The notes below the pieces were generated by a model. It made no database searches. It had not been told where the DNA came from and saw nothing but the letters and a program-made list of their open reading frames with translations. The position numbers were made by a program, and so were the translations under genes. 64,000 nucleotides of DNA from contig CM068742.1 of assembly GCA_035084275.1 (NCBI GenBank), positions 21,514,001-21,578,000 on the forward strand. Direction: 5' to 3'. Positions 11,731 through 24,749 of the stretch are shown piece by piece. The stretch is from Hydrolagus colliei (Eukaryota). Each line of letters opens with the position of its first letter. Positions within the stretch are counted from its first letter, which is position 1.

Positions 11731-14700
11731 GATACACTGAGACTGTGGAACATTAGGGTCACAGGATCAGAGTTGCAAATGGCATTTCAGGACATTTATC
11801 AGGAAGTATTTCCTTACCCTGAAGGTAATTAATCACTGGAACTGTAAAGGGTGATTGAGGCTGATGCCAACTTTAAAGTATTGTGCAGACATTTTTATCC
11901 TTTGCTAAATTCTAACCATCTGATCACTTGCCAAGCATTGCTTTTGTTAAGTGTTTCCTTTTCTTGTAGATAAAATTGCTGAATGACTCATCAGATGACT
12001 GTTGCACAAAGATTTGCAGACTAGGTATTTCTTTATCATAAAAATCTAATTCAAGCAGTCCTAATCTAAGCATAACAAATTGAATTTGCATTGAATATGC
12101 GCCAAAAGTTGAGGACCATCAAGGAGAATGATTGAGTTGAGGGCTAGAGAAATGTCTGACAGCTCAATGTCTAAAGAAAAAGATTGAACTGGGAGGATGG
12201 TCTCATGTGTATTTTGATGGTATAATGTGTTTGAGATAAAATAGTCCGAAGAGCCCTTTACACTGTCTTTAAATAGTGTCTTAGTTAGCAGAAGGAAGAT
12301 TTGCCAGAAAAAACACATATCATCGTTGTCGTGATGTTGGACACTGGCAGTTTTTGTCGTGCAGGAGTATAATTTGATTCAAACTGGATTATGACATCGT
12401 AGTATATAGACTCAAATATAATGTGCTCCAGTGTAGCACAGGTCCAATTATAATGCTGGGGTGGACATGGATCCGGGGTGTACCAGGTGTGAGGTACACA
12501 ACTGGTTTGGGGCTCTAATTGCCCTAAATCATAGGCATGGCATGTATAAGGCACAAAAAGCCTTCCAACATCAGCACTTCTTAGTAAGCACTGGAAACCC
12601 TCACCAAAGCAGTCACCGTTGATTGTTCAGCTTCCTGCAGACTGCACCGAACTGCAAGAGATGATGAAAGGTGCCAGTGAATGTTAAAAGCCAGGAGTAA
12701 TGTCAGCAGATGACTCAGAAGCATTGACCAGTGACAATTTGTATAAATCAACGTGTTCTAAAATGTTTCTGATTTTATTTATTAAATCACGCGCTACTGT
12801 GAGGTCTGACTGCACGATAAATAGCAACGAATGCTGGCCAAAGTTCTTTCTCTGCAGTTTATTTATATTTGAAAAATTCCAATAGGTTAAATGGGTTTCT
12901 TATTTTATGCCTCTGACTTCGTTTATCTAGCAGATGTCCCTCCCTACCACTTGTACTTCACCTCAATGGTTCGGATCAAAACAAATTGAAGTCTGCAGAT
13001 ACTTTTTGTCCACCCAACAATATGTCTTAAATTACCAATGGAATACAATCAAGAGTTTGAGATTGAAAGACATTGATTGCTGATAGGAATAGTGACTGTC
13101 CTAAGAAAGAGAACCTGACCAGTTTAGGACCGAACTACTGGAGAACCTTTTATAATGGGCACTCCTCATAATGCAGGTTTGCTTATAAGGCGAGCGGACC
13201 TGCAGACCAGTGAGCTAAACAATGGATGCTGTTGATTTCACTTCCTGCTCAAAGTGTATGTGCAGAAAGTGACAAATCCCAACCAGGTTAATAGGTTTCA
13301 TTGTCTCTTGTGAGGCTGGCATCTTTCTGTGCACATATGATCAATTGCCCTAAGGTAGACACTAATTCCTATTTTGCTGAATTCACTACCTGTTGATCTT
13401 GAGGGCTGCTTTATTCCCTCAACCAAATTCATGCATTAGCATGATAGAACAATAATCATTTCTTATAACTGCTGAGTTCCTGTCACTGCATGGGTTGTTT
13501 GAAGATGTCACTGAGCGCAGGCAGAGCTCTCTCCCATAGGGAGGGAGAAAGAGAAGTCTTTAATTCCTTATTTTTCATGCATGTTTACTTGCCATTTATT
13601 TGGGGAGCAGAACTGTCAGAAGCCAGGAGCAGATGGTCAGTTTATGTTCTTCACAAGTGAATTGATGTTGATGGATGGTAGACACTTACTTGAAATTTTG
13701 CTAGCTTTTGAAAAGAGGAGAATCTGGGAAGGGATGGGAGGGAAATATAGGCAGTTACTCGGTTCATATTAGCTGTGTTAAAATTGAGAACATAATTTCA
13801 AACTAACAAGAGGAACACTGGTTCAAATTTGGCTTTGAGTTAACCTCCTAGAAATGTGACATAAGTAGAATACAATTCTATAGAACTTATTCTACCTTAA
13901 TTACAGAATTGGCTGCTCCTGTAATAAGGATAATGATGTCGGAAACAATCTAATCTGAAATCTTCCTTAAAGAAGTGGCTTGAGTTTCTAACTATTCAAC
14001 TGCAGTGAATGTCCTAAATAAATTGAACAATGTAAGCAGCTCCAGTGATGGTTTAAAAAGCTAAGGTCAATGGGGAGTACATTATATTCAAAGCACTCCT
14101 AGCTAGAAATAGGGCAAAAAAAACACTTTAATGAAACAGTGCTGCCCTGTAGTAAATTTATTGAGGACGGGAGGTTTGGTCTGAGAGCTCATCTATTATG
14201 GAGTGAAGTTATCTTCAGTGAAAAGCCCATTTAAGTGTGTGAGTGGAAACTGTCCTACATGGAAATCATAGAATGTTAGAACACAAAGGCTGGTGTTTTT
14301 CTCCACGTCAGCCACCTAGTTTAATTTGTCTATTCCCATACCCTTAACTATTCTTTTGCAACCATCTCCTGCATCTAATTCCCTTTTAAAATAATTTATG
14401 GATTCTCATTTAGCAATGCATGTGGGAGAGAATTCTACATTCCTACTATCCTCGATACGAAGAAATGAATCACCAGCCAGTGTAAATATTCTATTACCAT
14501 TTATTCTATACCAATCTTTAAGGTCTCAATCCTTCAACCCTCTCAGGTCCAGTGAAAAAAGTAAAAAAAAATTTGTGTCTCTCTTTATAGTAAAACCCTG
14601 ATAACATGCTATTAATCCTGTTAACATGCTGTGTCATTTCAAACAACAACAACAACAAAATTACATTTGTATAGAGCCTTTCACATCGGGAGGACATCAA

Positions 14701-14809
14701 ATCTCCCAGTGTCATGGTGAAAAATTCCCAAGATTAAATTTATCATTTACTTCATGGCTATTCGTGAGATATTGCTCTGGCCACGTTTACCTACAAATCC
14801 ACACTTTCT

Positions 14810-16830
14810 ACAACAACAACAAAATTACACTTGTATAGCACCTTTCATGTCAGGAGGATGTTTCAAGGCGCTGGGCAGTCACTGTTTCAGACCCGAGCTA
14901 GGAACAGTGTGGGAAGGGAAGTAGGGGATTAGGAGCTGCCGGTGGGACCATCGAAGAGGAGACTCTTGAGGTGAGACTTGAAGGAGGCCAGGGAGGGGGC
15001 GAGGCAAAAGGACTGCGGGATAGAGTTCCAGAGGTTGGGCATAGAATGGCTAAAGGCACGCCTGCCAATGGTTGGGTGGGTGGATCGGGGTTCGTGGAGC
15101 AGTCCAGAGCCCGCTGAGCAGAGGGGGTGGGCAGGTTGGTAAGGCATTAGGAGGTCACAGATACAGGGGGGCAGGAGGCCATGGAGGGCTTTGAATGTGA
15201 GGACCAGGATCTTGAATTGGATCCTCTGGATGATGGGGAGCCAATGGAGTCGGGCGAGGATGGAGGAGATTGGATCACAGAGTTTGAAATGGTAGAGGAC
15301 ACAGGCTGCAGAGTTCTGGATCATCGGCAACCTGTGGAGGGAGGAATTGGAAAGGCCGACAAGCAGGGAATTTGGATAGATGAGCTGGGATATGATGAAG
15401 GCATGAATGAGGGTTTCAGCGGCTTTGGGGGTGAGATAGTAGTGGAGTCGGGCAATATTGTGGAGATGAGGAAAGGCAGAGCGAGTCATTGCTTGGATGT
15501 GGAGGAGGAAAGACAGTTGAGGGTCGAACAAAACACCTAGGTTCCTGACTGGCTTGGTGAGGTTGAGTGTGCAACCATGGAGGTTGATGCTGCCAGCACC
15601 TGATGCATGAAGGCGCTGGCGCAAGCTGATCAATAGGGCCTCTGTCTTGTTAACATTCAACTGTAGAAAGTTAGCTGTCATCCAGGACTTGATATATGAC
15701 AGACAGTCTGTCAAGACAGTAGTAGTTCTAGGGTCGAGGGTAGAGGCAGAAAGATAGAGTTGGGTGTCATCCGCATGCATGAGGAAGTTAACCCCATGTC
15801 TGCAGATGATGTCACCAAGTGGGAGCATGTAGATATTGAAAAGTAAGGGACCAACAAAACAACAACAAATAACATTTGTACAGTGCGTTTCACATCAGAA
15901 ATATGTCCTAGGATGCTGGACAATCATGTTTTTTTTGGACCTGAGCAGTGAGTTGGAGTCAGAAGGGGAGAAAGACTGAGCAGGTGGGCATGTGGGGTGG
16001 GGGTGACCATTGGCACAGTCAGAGTGGAAGGTCTTTGAAGGAGGTAAGAGAGGAGGTGAGTTGGAGATATTGCAGGACAGAGTTCCAGAATGGGGAGGGC
16101 AGATATGTTGAATGCCTGACTCCCCCCAATGGTGGGGTGGGAAGTGCGGGGGTGCCTGAGCCTGATATGAGTTTATGAGGATGAAGAGATGGGTGGGAGC
16201 TAGACCGTGGAGGGCCTTGAAGGTAACAATGAGCATTTTGTACACGATTCTATGAGTACTAGGAGGCCAGTAAAGCCAGACAAGAATGGAGGTGATAGGT
16301 TCCCAGAGCTTGGTAGAGGCATCCCTCCCCTCAGCTTGGGTTTGAAGCAGTGACTGTCCAGTGCCTTGGGAAGTTCTCCTGACATGAAAGCGCTATACAT
16401 GTGTAATTTTGTTGTTGTTGGTGCGGGTGAGGACACAAGCTGCAGAGGTCTGAATAATCCGTGGGTTGTCAAGGGAAGAGTTGGGAAGTACAGTGATCAG
16501 GCAGTTGGCGTAGACAAGCCGGACATAATGAAAGTAATAATGAAATGGATCAAGATCTCGGACAGCCTATGCTGAGGGCTAGTGGCAGAGGTGGGCAATG
16601 TTATAGAGATGTGGAAATGCAGAACGGGTCACGACACGAATGTGGGGTTTGAAATATAGATGCGGTTTGAAAAGGACACCAAGGTTTCGGATTGGCTCAG
16701 GGAGGTGAAGAGTGCAGCCATGAATGGTGATAGTGTCAGCAGCTGAGGTGAGGAGCGAATCGGGAGGGCAGTAAATTGTATGAAGTGCTTTAAGATGTTT
16801 GAACAATGTAATAAATATGGTGCCATGTTA
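14810..16830 (-). mobile_element. Cluster of L2-type LINE fragments including RT core
   Basis: Minus ORF 14929-15828 with [42 protein letters not shown]. Further truncated copies at 15860-16830. Confidence 0.88.
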
Positions 16831-16974
16831 AATTATTATATAGTCATCTGTAGGTTAAGAATTAATTTCACAGAATGCCAATAGTTGTGGAGTCTGTTAG
16901 TACAATGTTTACATAAGCCCAGAAATGTATTGAATGTTTCAATCAAAAATAATTTCTTTACTGTTTTGATCCAG

Positions 16975-17105
16975 GAAAGTTGTTCAAGACTGCACATCTG
17001 CCATTAATAGTGGAATTCATTATCATGTTCTACAAGGACAAACCTATAGACTGGTTACTCGATCACGTATTATGGGTGAAAGTGTGCAATCCTGAGAAAG
17101 ATGCT
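16975..17105 (+). CDS. MGAT4B-like: MGAT4-family exon (GKLFK...VCNPEKDA)
   Basis: gatccag|GAAAG...GATGCT|gtaagt. (G)[43 protein letters not shown]. 131 nt, phase 1 to 0. Missed by the ORF track. Confidence 0.96.
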
Positions 17106-17834
17106 GTAAGTTTGTTTCTTTTTCTGAATTGATGCCTCAGGCAGCAACAATGCAGCAGCCGCAAACATCTGTCAACTGTGCTTTTTTTCAATCTTTTGTC
17201 CACTTCCACATTAAACATTGATCGGCTAATGGATATCTTCAGTTATTTATGTTCGATTGACATTGGGAGTGAATGAAGAAAGACAAACTCAACTCCTCCA
17301 AGTCAGACTGTGGTAGATGATGGGGTGGGGGTGGAAAGAGATTAAGAATTGTATACACAGTGAACTATTTACTTCATTTTAAAAAATACAGTTTCTTTAA
17401 TGTGGAATTCAGGTGTTAAAAACGTGTTTAAGGCATACTAAAATAGTGATGGAAAAGGGTACTTTTCTGTCTCCCATCGGATTGATTTCAAAGTCGTAGC
17501 CTTCATGTAGAATTCCCTTCCTCACTACCTTCGCCTCATCCCCTCTTTTCTCAGCTTCACCTCTTTTCTACCCCTGCCCCTGGCTTGGTCCTGGCATTCA
17601 CTATTGTGAAGCGCTCTGAGACGCCATCGGTGTGGAGGGTGCTATATAAATCAAAGTTGTTTTTGTTGTTGTACCGACTCCTGACTGTTCAGCGACTTAG
17701 GAAGTCCTCCAAATGTGAAAGGCACTCTATGAAATGCAATTTTAGTTGTTGTGGTTGTGCCCCTAACCTCTGGCTAGAAGGCAAACCAACTAAACCTGCT
17801 ATCTTGGTCTTTATACACATACCTTCTCTTTTAC

Positions 17835-18050
17835 CCACATGTGTCTTTGTGTGTCTGTCTGTGTGTGTATACGTGTGTCTGTGTGTACATGTCTGCGCAT
17901 GCATCTCTGTGCATGTGTGTGTCTGCGCGTGTGTGTCTGGGTATGTGTCTGAACATGTATGTGTCCATGCAATTGTTTGTGTGTGACACTGCAGACCCTC
18001 ACAGTGTGTATATGTACGTGTCTGTGCACGCATGCACACAGTGGGGTAGT
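17835..18050. repeat. Degenerate (TG)n microsatellite tract
   Basis: gtgtgtctgtctgtgtgtgtatacgtgtgtctgtgtgtacatg... It explains the spurious CV/HT-rich ORFs here. Confidence 0.85.
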
Positions 18051-18084
18051 TTATTCATGTTGGCATGTTTCTGATTCAGACATC

Positions 18085-18392
18085 ACACCTGTGGTCACTC
18101 AGAACCCATGACTTGATGATAATCCCTCAAAAAAACAATAATAAATTGTTTTTTTCAATCCATGCCTGTTTGTGGGACACTGCTGTGCACAATTGGCTGC
18201 CACGTTCGCCCACAAATATACAGTTTGTACAAATATACAGTCAAGTTTGTGGGACACTGTTGTGCACAATTGGCTGCCACGTTTCACCCACAAATATACA
18301 GTCAATTCACTTTACAGTATATTCTGTGAAGCGCTTTGAAACATCGATAAAATGTGAAAAGCGCAATTATCAAATGCAAGGATTATTATTAC
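18085..18392 (+). mobile_element. Deu SINE with internal tandem duplication of the Deu core
   Basis: TTTGTGGGACACTG(C/T)TGTGCACAATTGGCTGCCACGTT...CACAAATATACAGT occurs twice (about 18168 and 18246), followed by the standard tail. Confidence 0.82.
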
Positions 18393-18506
18393 ACAATAAG
18401 TGAATGTGCATTTTATAGTGGACCAGGCATGGATGATGATCTCAGGCCAGTTAAATGTTTGCTTGTCTGCTTTCTGCTGTGCAGCTTTTGCATTTCAAAT
18501 TGTATA

Positions 18507-18836
18507 CAGTTAAACCTTGATAATCCAACATTCCGAAAGCCAGCAACTAAAACCGGCGAGATTTCAAAATACAAACATCATTCATTTTTCCCGATGTCCA
18601 TCAAATCCCCCCCAATTCAGAACAGCAGCTTGCAACTCCCGCTGGCGCCACTCTGTTATCAGGCACTGTGGTTGCCGCTCAGGCACAGTTTGGCTTCAGT
18701 GCCTGTGTTTACAGCTCACGTGGTGTATGGGGCGGGGCTTCCCCAGCCATTTCTAGGGTAGGTTCCAAATACCGGCAAACTCCAAAATCCGGGAGGTGCC
18801 TGAGCCAAACCGTGCCGGATTATCGGGGTTTTACTG
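18507..18836. mobile_element. Tc1/mariner (Tigger-like) MITE, 330 bp
   Basis: Left TIR CAGTTAAACCTTGATAATCC and right TIR reverse complement CAGTAAAACCCCGATAATCC. Flanked by TA on the left and CA (likely mutated TA) on the right. Confidence 0.8.
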
Positions 18837-20952
18837 CACCAGTTTGCTTTGCTTCCCATTTGTCAGTTGTCAATATGAGGTTAGTTGGCAGCACTCTTGA
18901 GTCATGAACTATGTCAGCACATTGTTTAGGATGACATTCCTGTTCAGTGCTGGGGGAAAGGAGTATTGTTGTTGTTGCCATCCTTTGGATGAGATACTAA
19001 AACAAGGTCCAGTCTGTTTGTTCAAGGGAAAGGTGGTGAAGGAATGGACAAGAGGAGGGAAAGGAGGACAATTGATAGGGAGGGTGGGGATATGGCTAAA
19101 GGAGGAGAGGTTGGCTCCCCGGGTCAGGGATCGATGGGCTTTGCACCGGAAGTGGGGCAAGCGGCAGTCAGACAATTTTTCTATTTATTCAGCTAACTCA
19201 ATCTGGATTAGGACAGAATCTCATGATTAAATCCAAAGAGCCATTTTTGACACAGAGATTAGTAGAGGCTTTGCTGAAATCACTAGGCCCAGCATTCTGT
19301 TTACCAAGCAATTATTACCTGTTTTAATGTGCACTACAGCCATAAAAAGGATTAGTATAAATCAGATGGAAGATTTATGCAACATTTGGTTTATTGATTT
19401 TATACATTCTCCCCAGGTATTAGCTTCCAAGATACAGTGTGTGTAATGTGTATTGCTAGTGATTACTGCACTCAGCCAATGTAAATTTTGCTGAAATATT
19501 GTTAACATGAGATGGCTAGGGATTTAGGTGTGAGCAATTTGCTTTACACAATATTCCCATCTAATCCCATTTCTCAAAAACCTGGTGTGCAAATCATGTC
19601 ATACATCTTTAATATTGCCATGTGATTTTTGATCATCAGTGTGATTAAAATGCCTATCAGGAGAGTTTGATTTATCCATATGTGGGATAGCCCGCATTCC
19701 TGTATTGAGGCACCATTTGTTCCTGCACTTGATGCTGTCAATCAAAACTCCCAACCCAGGATAACAATATATATATTCCTTTTGTCATTTTATTGAAGTC
19801 TGAAGCCTTGAATATAAAAGGTATACCAAAGTAATTCTTCACAGAAATCTAATTTATGGTGGGGTGAAAATTGGTACCTGTGAGGCCTTAATGATCACTG
19901 GTGGTCATTATCACATCACAGGAAACTCTGCCATGTTGAGGTGTGTCCATACCTCCATCGTGGTTTTGGGCCTGAAGACAGCCCATGGGAGTCATTGCAT
20001 TTGTGGCAGAGTTTTTCTATGACTCTCACTCCAGTGCAGTACATGTAAAATAGGGCTCTCATGGATCAATATTTTATAATAATAATAATCCTTGCATTTG
20101 ATATAGCGCTTTTCATATCTTATCTACGTCTCAAAGCACTTCACAGAATATACTGTACTGTAAAGTGAATTGACTGTATATTTGTGGGCAAAATAGTTAA
20201 ATAATTAAGATGGTAACCCACAAATCAGCACTCTACAGACCAGCAAATCTAATGTTGCCTTGAGGTCATAACTGATAATAATAATAATAATACTAATAAT
20301 AATTCTTGCAATTGGTTTAGCGTTTTTCACTTTGGATGACGAATCAAAATGCTCACAAGATTTACTGTAAAGCATAATGAATATGCATTTTGCAGGCAAA
20401 AGTGCAGCCAATTTGCAATGTGGCATGTGCCATAAATAGTTGATCCCATGGTACCATTCGTAAAGAGAAAAGAGTTTCTTCTGGTGTCCTGACCCAACAA
20501 TCCTCCAGATAAATTTGGCCATTCACTTCAAAGCCCAATCCACAAATACATGGACACTTCGCACTTCACAGTAACAATCCTATGAAGCACCTTGGGACGT
20601 TTCAACTATGCAATATCAGAGAAATATGATTATTATACCATAACAAGGAATTTGATCAGACCTGTAATGCATTCAATATCAGTCACAGCATGCCTTGGAA
20701 TCATCTCTTCATTCTGGGCCTCATAACAATAACTGGACCTGATACAATTGTTACATTTGCCTACAAATAAGGCTTATGATTATTATTGTTATTATTATTA
20801 AAAACTGCCTTTATAGTTCACGGAAAAATCCTGTGAAGAAGCACTTTTAGATTTTTGGGATGCCATGATAAGGCTTTGTATCAAATGTAATGATTATTAT
20901 TGTTATTATCACCTTTAAGCATTGCTGGGTGCATTTTGTTTCTTTTTTTCAG

Positions 20953-21060
20953 AAACACTGCGACAGACAGAAGGCCAATTTACGAATACGTTACAAGCCT
21001 TCTCTCTTCCAGCATGTGGGAACTCACTCTTCACTGGCTGGAAAAGTGCAGCCTCTAAAA
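20953..21060 (+). CDS. MGAT4B-like: MGAT4-family exon (KHCDRQK...GKVQPLK)
   Basis: tttttttcag|AAACAC...CTAAAA|gtaagt. [36 protein letters not shown]. 108 nt, phase 0 to 0. Confidence 0.96.
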
Positions 21061-21850
21061 GTAAGTTTAAAAAATATATACATATTCAATGGACAGCAGG
21101 GAGTATAAAGCAAGAATGTTGGACCATCTAAATTGAATTTGATCTGTCTTTTCATAAAATACTAATACTTTTGGAAGTAAAATGGCATCATGGCTTAATA
21201 TCTCATACAGATTCCTTCAGATGGATATCAGGAACAATAAAATAAATTTTTAAAAGTTCACTTAAAGTTACCTTTTTCGTTAAATCAGCCATAGACCCAT
21301 AGAAATCTACAGAACAGAAAACCATTTGTTCCAATCTATTCTGATCTATTGCCTACCCTTTCTTCATCCATGTTTATGCTAATGTTTATCTTAGATTTTA
21401 AGATAAATCTGATGCAAATCACTGCTATGTTGTTTTGGTACTGCAGACGTTCTTCATATAGGTTCTAAGTCTGATCAATAGAATGGTATTGCAGACAAAT
21501 GCATTATTACAGAATGCACGCAGATTGATTGAGGCTTTCTGCCATTGCATCATGTATCTGATATTATTTACTTATATTAGCAAATGTAGCAATTTGCTGA
21601 AATTTTAAGCAGTGAATTAAAGCATGAAATAAAATGTAAATGGTGATAAATGAATGGGCAAATCCATTGTATATTGTCCTACGTGTTCATCTTTCAGATA
21701 GATATTTGTGGCTTACTGTATTCCTCTTAACCAAAGCAGATTGTGTCCAGACAATAGGTCCTTTGGGATATTTAAATAGTGAACTATGTTTCTAAGTGAT
21801 CTCACCTGAAGATATACACCAACTTGCATTTGCTCCGAAATACTATATAC

Positions 21851-24038
21851 TAGGGAACGGCGATATGGGATTTTTCCGGATATGGATATATCGGTTTGCT
21901 CATACCTGCTTAAACCGATCTATCGAGTTTTTATACTGCGCATGCGCGTGCATTCGAAGTGCGCGTGCATTGATGGCGCGCGCGCATTTATGGGGCGTCC
22001 GCACCATAAATGCGTCCATCGTCAGTGCGTCTGCACTGACGATGCGCGCGCAGTCGCGGTGCACGCAGATTTCGAAATGCGTGCTCTAGGTCCAGAAAGT
22101 TTGTAATGTTGGTGTCAAGGTCTGTTGAATTATACAATGTTGTTTGCTCCCTACCTCCCCCTCTCCTTCTCTCCCTCCTCTCCTCTCTCCTTCTCTCCCT
22201 CCTCTCCTCTCTCCTTCTNNNNNNNNNNNNNNNNNNNNNNNNNNNNNNNNNNNNNNNNNNNNNNNNNNNNNNNNNNNNNNNNNNNNNNNNNNNNNNNNNN
22301 NNNNNNNNNNNNNNNNNNNNNNNNNNNNNNNNNNNNNNNNNNNNNNNNNNNNNNNNNNNNNNNNNNNNNNNNNNNNNNNNNNNNNNNNNNNNNNNNNNNN
22401 NNNNNNNNNNNNNNNNNNNNNNNNNNNNNNNNNNNNNNNNNNNNNNNNNTCTCCCTCCTTTACCCTCTCATTCTCTCCCTCCCTCTCCTCTCTTCCTCTC
22501 TCCTTCTCTCCCAACTTTCGCCCTCTCCCTCCCTCCCATCTCTCCTTCTCTCCCTCCTTTCCCCTCGCTCCTTCTCTCCCTCCTTTCCCCCTCTCCTTCT
22601 CTCCCTCCCTCCCTCCCTCTCCTCTCTTCCTCTCTCCTTCTCTCCCTCCTTTCCCCTCGCTCCTTCTCTCCCTCCTTTCACCCTCTCCTTCTCTCCCTCC
22701 CTCTTCTCTCTTCCTCTCTCCTTCTCTCCCAACTTTCCCCCTCTCCTTCTCTCCCTCCCTCCCTCCCTCCCCTCTCTCCTTCTCTCCCTCCTTTCCCCCT
22801 CTCCTTCTCTCACTCCCTCCCTCCCCCCTCTCCTTCTCTCCCTCCCTCCCTCCCCTCTCTCCTTCTCTCCCTCCTTTCCCCCTCTCATTCTCTCCCTCCC
22901 TCTCCTCTCTTCCTCTCTCCTTCTCTCCCAACTTTCCCCCTCTCCTTCTCTCACTCCCTCCCTCCCCTCTCTCCTTCTCTCCCTCCTTTCCCCCTCTCAT
23001 TCTCTCCCTCCCTCTCCTCTCTCCTTCTCTCCCAATTTTCCCTCTCTCCTTCTCTCACTCCATCTCTAAACACAAAATAGAACACACACACACCAAAAAC
23101 AAAATCTAGACATTTATTCTCCTCCATTTCTTGCTTGAAACTGTTTCTATGTGTGTGTCTGACTAGACACACACATAGAAGCAGTGATAATCTGGCTTCT
23201 AACTCTCTCACACACAAAAATAACACTTACAGCCACAAAATGCCACTAATGTTTATGTAGTCTGAAGTCTGAATTAATGTCCTTCGCCATTGGCAAGCTC
23301 TCCTTTGCTATGCAAAAAGTGACAGCGTTCGTGATACTTTGCCACTTTTTGTCCCCTCTCTGGTACAATGTTCTCCTCTTAAATAAAGCAGGAATTGTTT
23401 GAGCTGCACTGGCCCCACTACCTGTCGCTTTCTCCGAAGCGCTGGTTCGACTTCCTGCTGTTGTCGACAATAATTTCGCACTGAGGGCAGCGTGCTGGGC
23501 GGGGTGGTGCTGCTTAATGTGATGTCGCAGGTTGCTCGTGCTCGAATCAGATGTCTTAACCAAGACCTTGCAAACTGTACATCTATACACACCATTACTG
23601 ACTGCATTGTTTTCAAAGTAGTCCCATACGGGGCTTCTTTTCCCCATGATGAGAAAGGTAAATTTTCAAACTACAATTTTCAGCGATGCGACTTTGTTAA
23701 GACGCCACGACTCACGTTGAGTATACACAGTAAAGTGTGCGTGCGCATCGGATGTGCGCGCCCGTTAATTGTGCGCGCGCACCGAATGTACGCGCATTCC
23801 ATGCTCTAGATCTAGGAGGTTGCAATGCCGGCGACAAGGTAAGCTGGAAAAGATCGCATTACACTGATAATACCAACAATATTGATATATTGCCAGGAAC
23901 GATATTAAAAATATATCGATGTATATTTTTAAAATCGAATCTCTCGATATAACAGTTTTTTTAGAATCACCATATCGGCATACCGATCTGAAAATCATAT
24001 CGGGTTTAATCGAAAAACCGATTAATCGCCGTTCCCTA
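21851..24038 (-). mobile_element. Internally deleted hAT DNA transposon, copy 1
   Basis: Perfect 14-bp TIR TAGGGAACGGCGAT...ATCGCCGTTCCCTA and exact 8-bp TSD CTATATAC (21843-21850 and 24039-24046). CGAT- and GCGC-rich subterminal repeats, CT-rich minisatellite with N gap 22219-22449, and a BED-finger ORF on the minus strand. Confidence 0.95.
23246..23647 (-). pseudogene. Truncated hAT transposase N-terminus (BED zinc finger), 133-codon ORF
   Basis: MGKRSPVWDYF...YRCTVCK.....SSTSNLRHHIKQHHP is the BED pattern W..F...C..C...TSNL..H...H. It is followed by ITNAVTFCIAKESLP, typical of Ac/ZBED1-like transposases. No DDE catalytic domain follows. Confidence 0.88.
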
Positions 24039-24555
24039 CTATATACTAAAACCTTGTTTATCTGGTAACCAACCAAACGCCATACTCAACCAACCGGTGT
24101 CTCCCAATGCAATTCACCATTCCAGCAACTGGATCTCATACTGTAGCCATCTGGGACACTCGCTGTATGCTCACTTTGTACATGTGTGGCGCATATGCAC
24201 TTATTAAACTTTACAAACGCTGGAATGCTTTTTTACCGATCATTTTGCCGAGTGTGCTGGAATGCTTTATTGGTAAGTATCCATACAATATTCTGTTATG
24301 ATTTAGTCTATTATTAATATGGTATGTTTTAAAATAAATTAATTTTTTTGTTGTTGGATTTTCAGCAACTTGCCACTTGAATATCCGGCTTATTTGATTA
24401 ATTGGCATTGGTCAGGTCCCGAGGGTGCTGGATAACAAAGGTTTTTACGTAAAGAGCATCATGTAAATGCAAGCTGTTCTTGTTGTTTCTATGTGTTCAA
24501 AGTACCTCCTTTGAATTTCCAGTTATTATTCTGACCATTTTCTTTTAAACTAAAG

Positions 24556-24749
24556 GATAAGGATTTTGGGAAACAACAATTGCATAAAGGGCATTCAAAT
24601 CCGCCGGCGGAATTGCACACCAGTTTGAAAGTCTATCAGCAATACAATCTGGCCAAGGCCTACCAAGGCGAGAGTTTCTTCTGGGCATTTACTCCTGAGG
24701 CCAGGGACTTCATCCAATTTAAATTCTTCCAGCCACTGCAAGTGGAAAG
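24556..24749 (+). CDS. MGAT4B-like: MGAT4-family exon, start of C-terminal lectin domain
   Basis: taaag|GATAAGGAT...GTGGAAAG|gttagc. [64 protein letters not shown](R). 194 nt, ends in phase 2. Confidence 0.95.

Noticed and set aside
12650-12840. Minus-strand LINKIRNILEHVDLYKLSLVNAS, faintly like the hAT VTDNAS region
   Set aside because: The catalytic Asp is absent, the similarity is too weak, and no TIR or TSD was seen.
22086-23109. Long 300+ aa ORFs on both strands in the ORF track (also 28877-29658 and 62626-63471)
   Set aside because: They read through CT/GA minisatellites and N gaps inside hAT elements. They are low-complexity and contain no domain.
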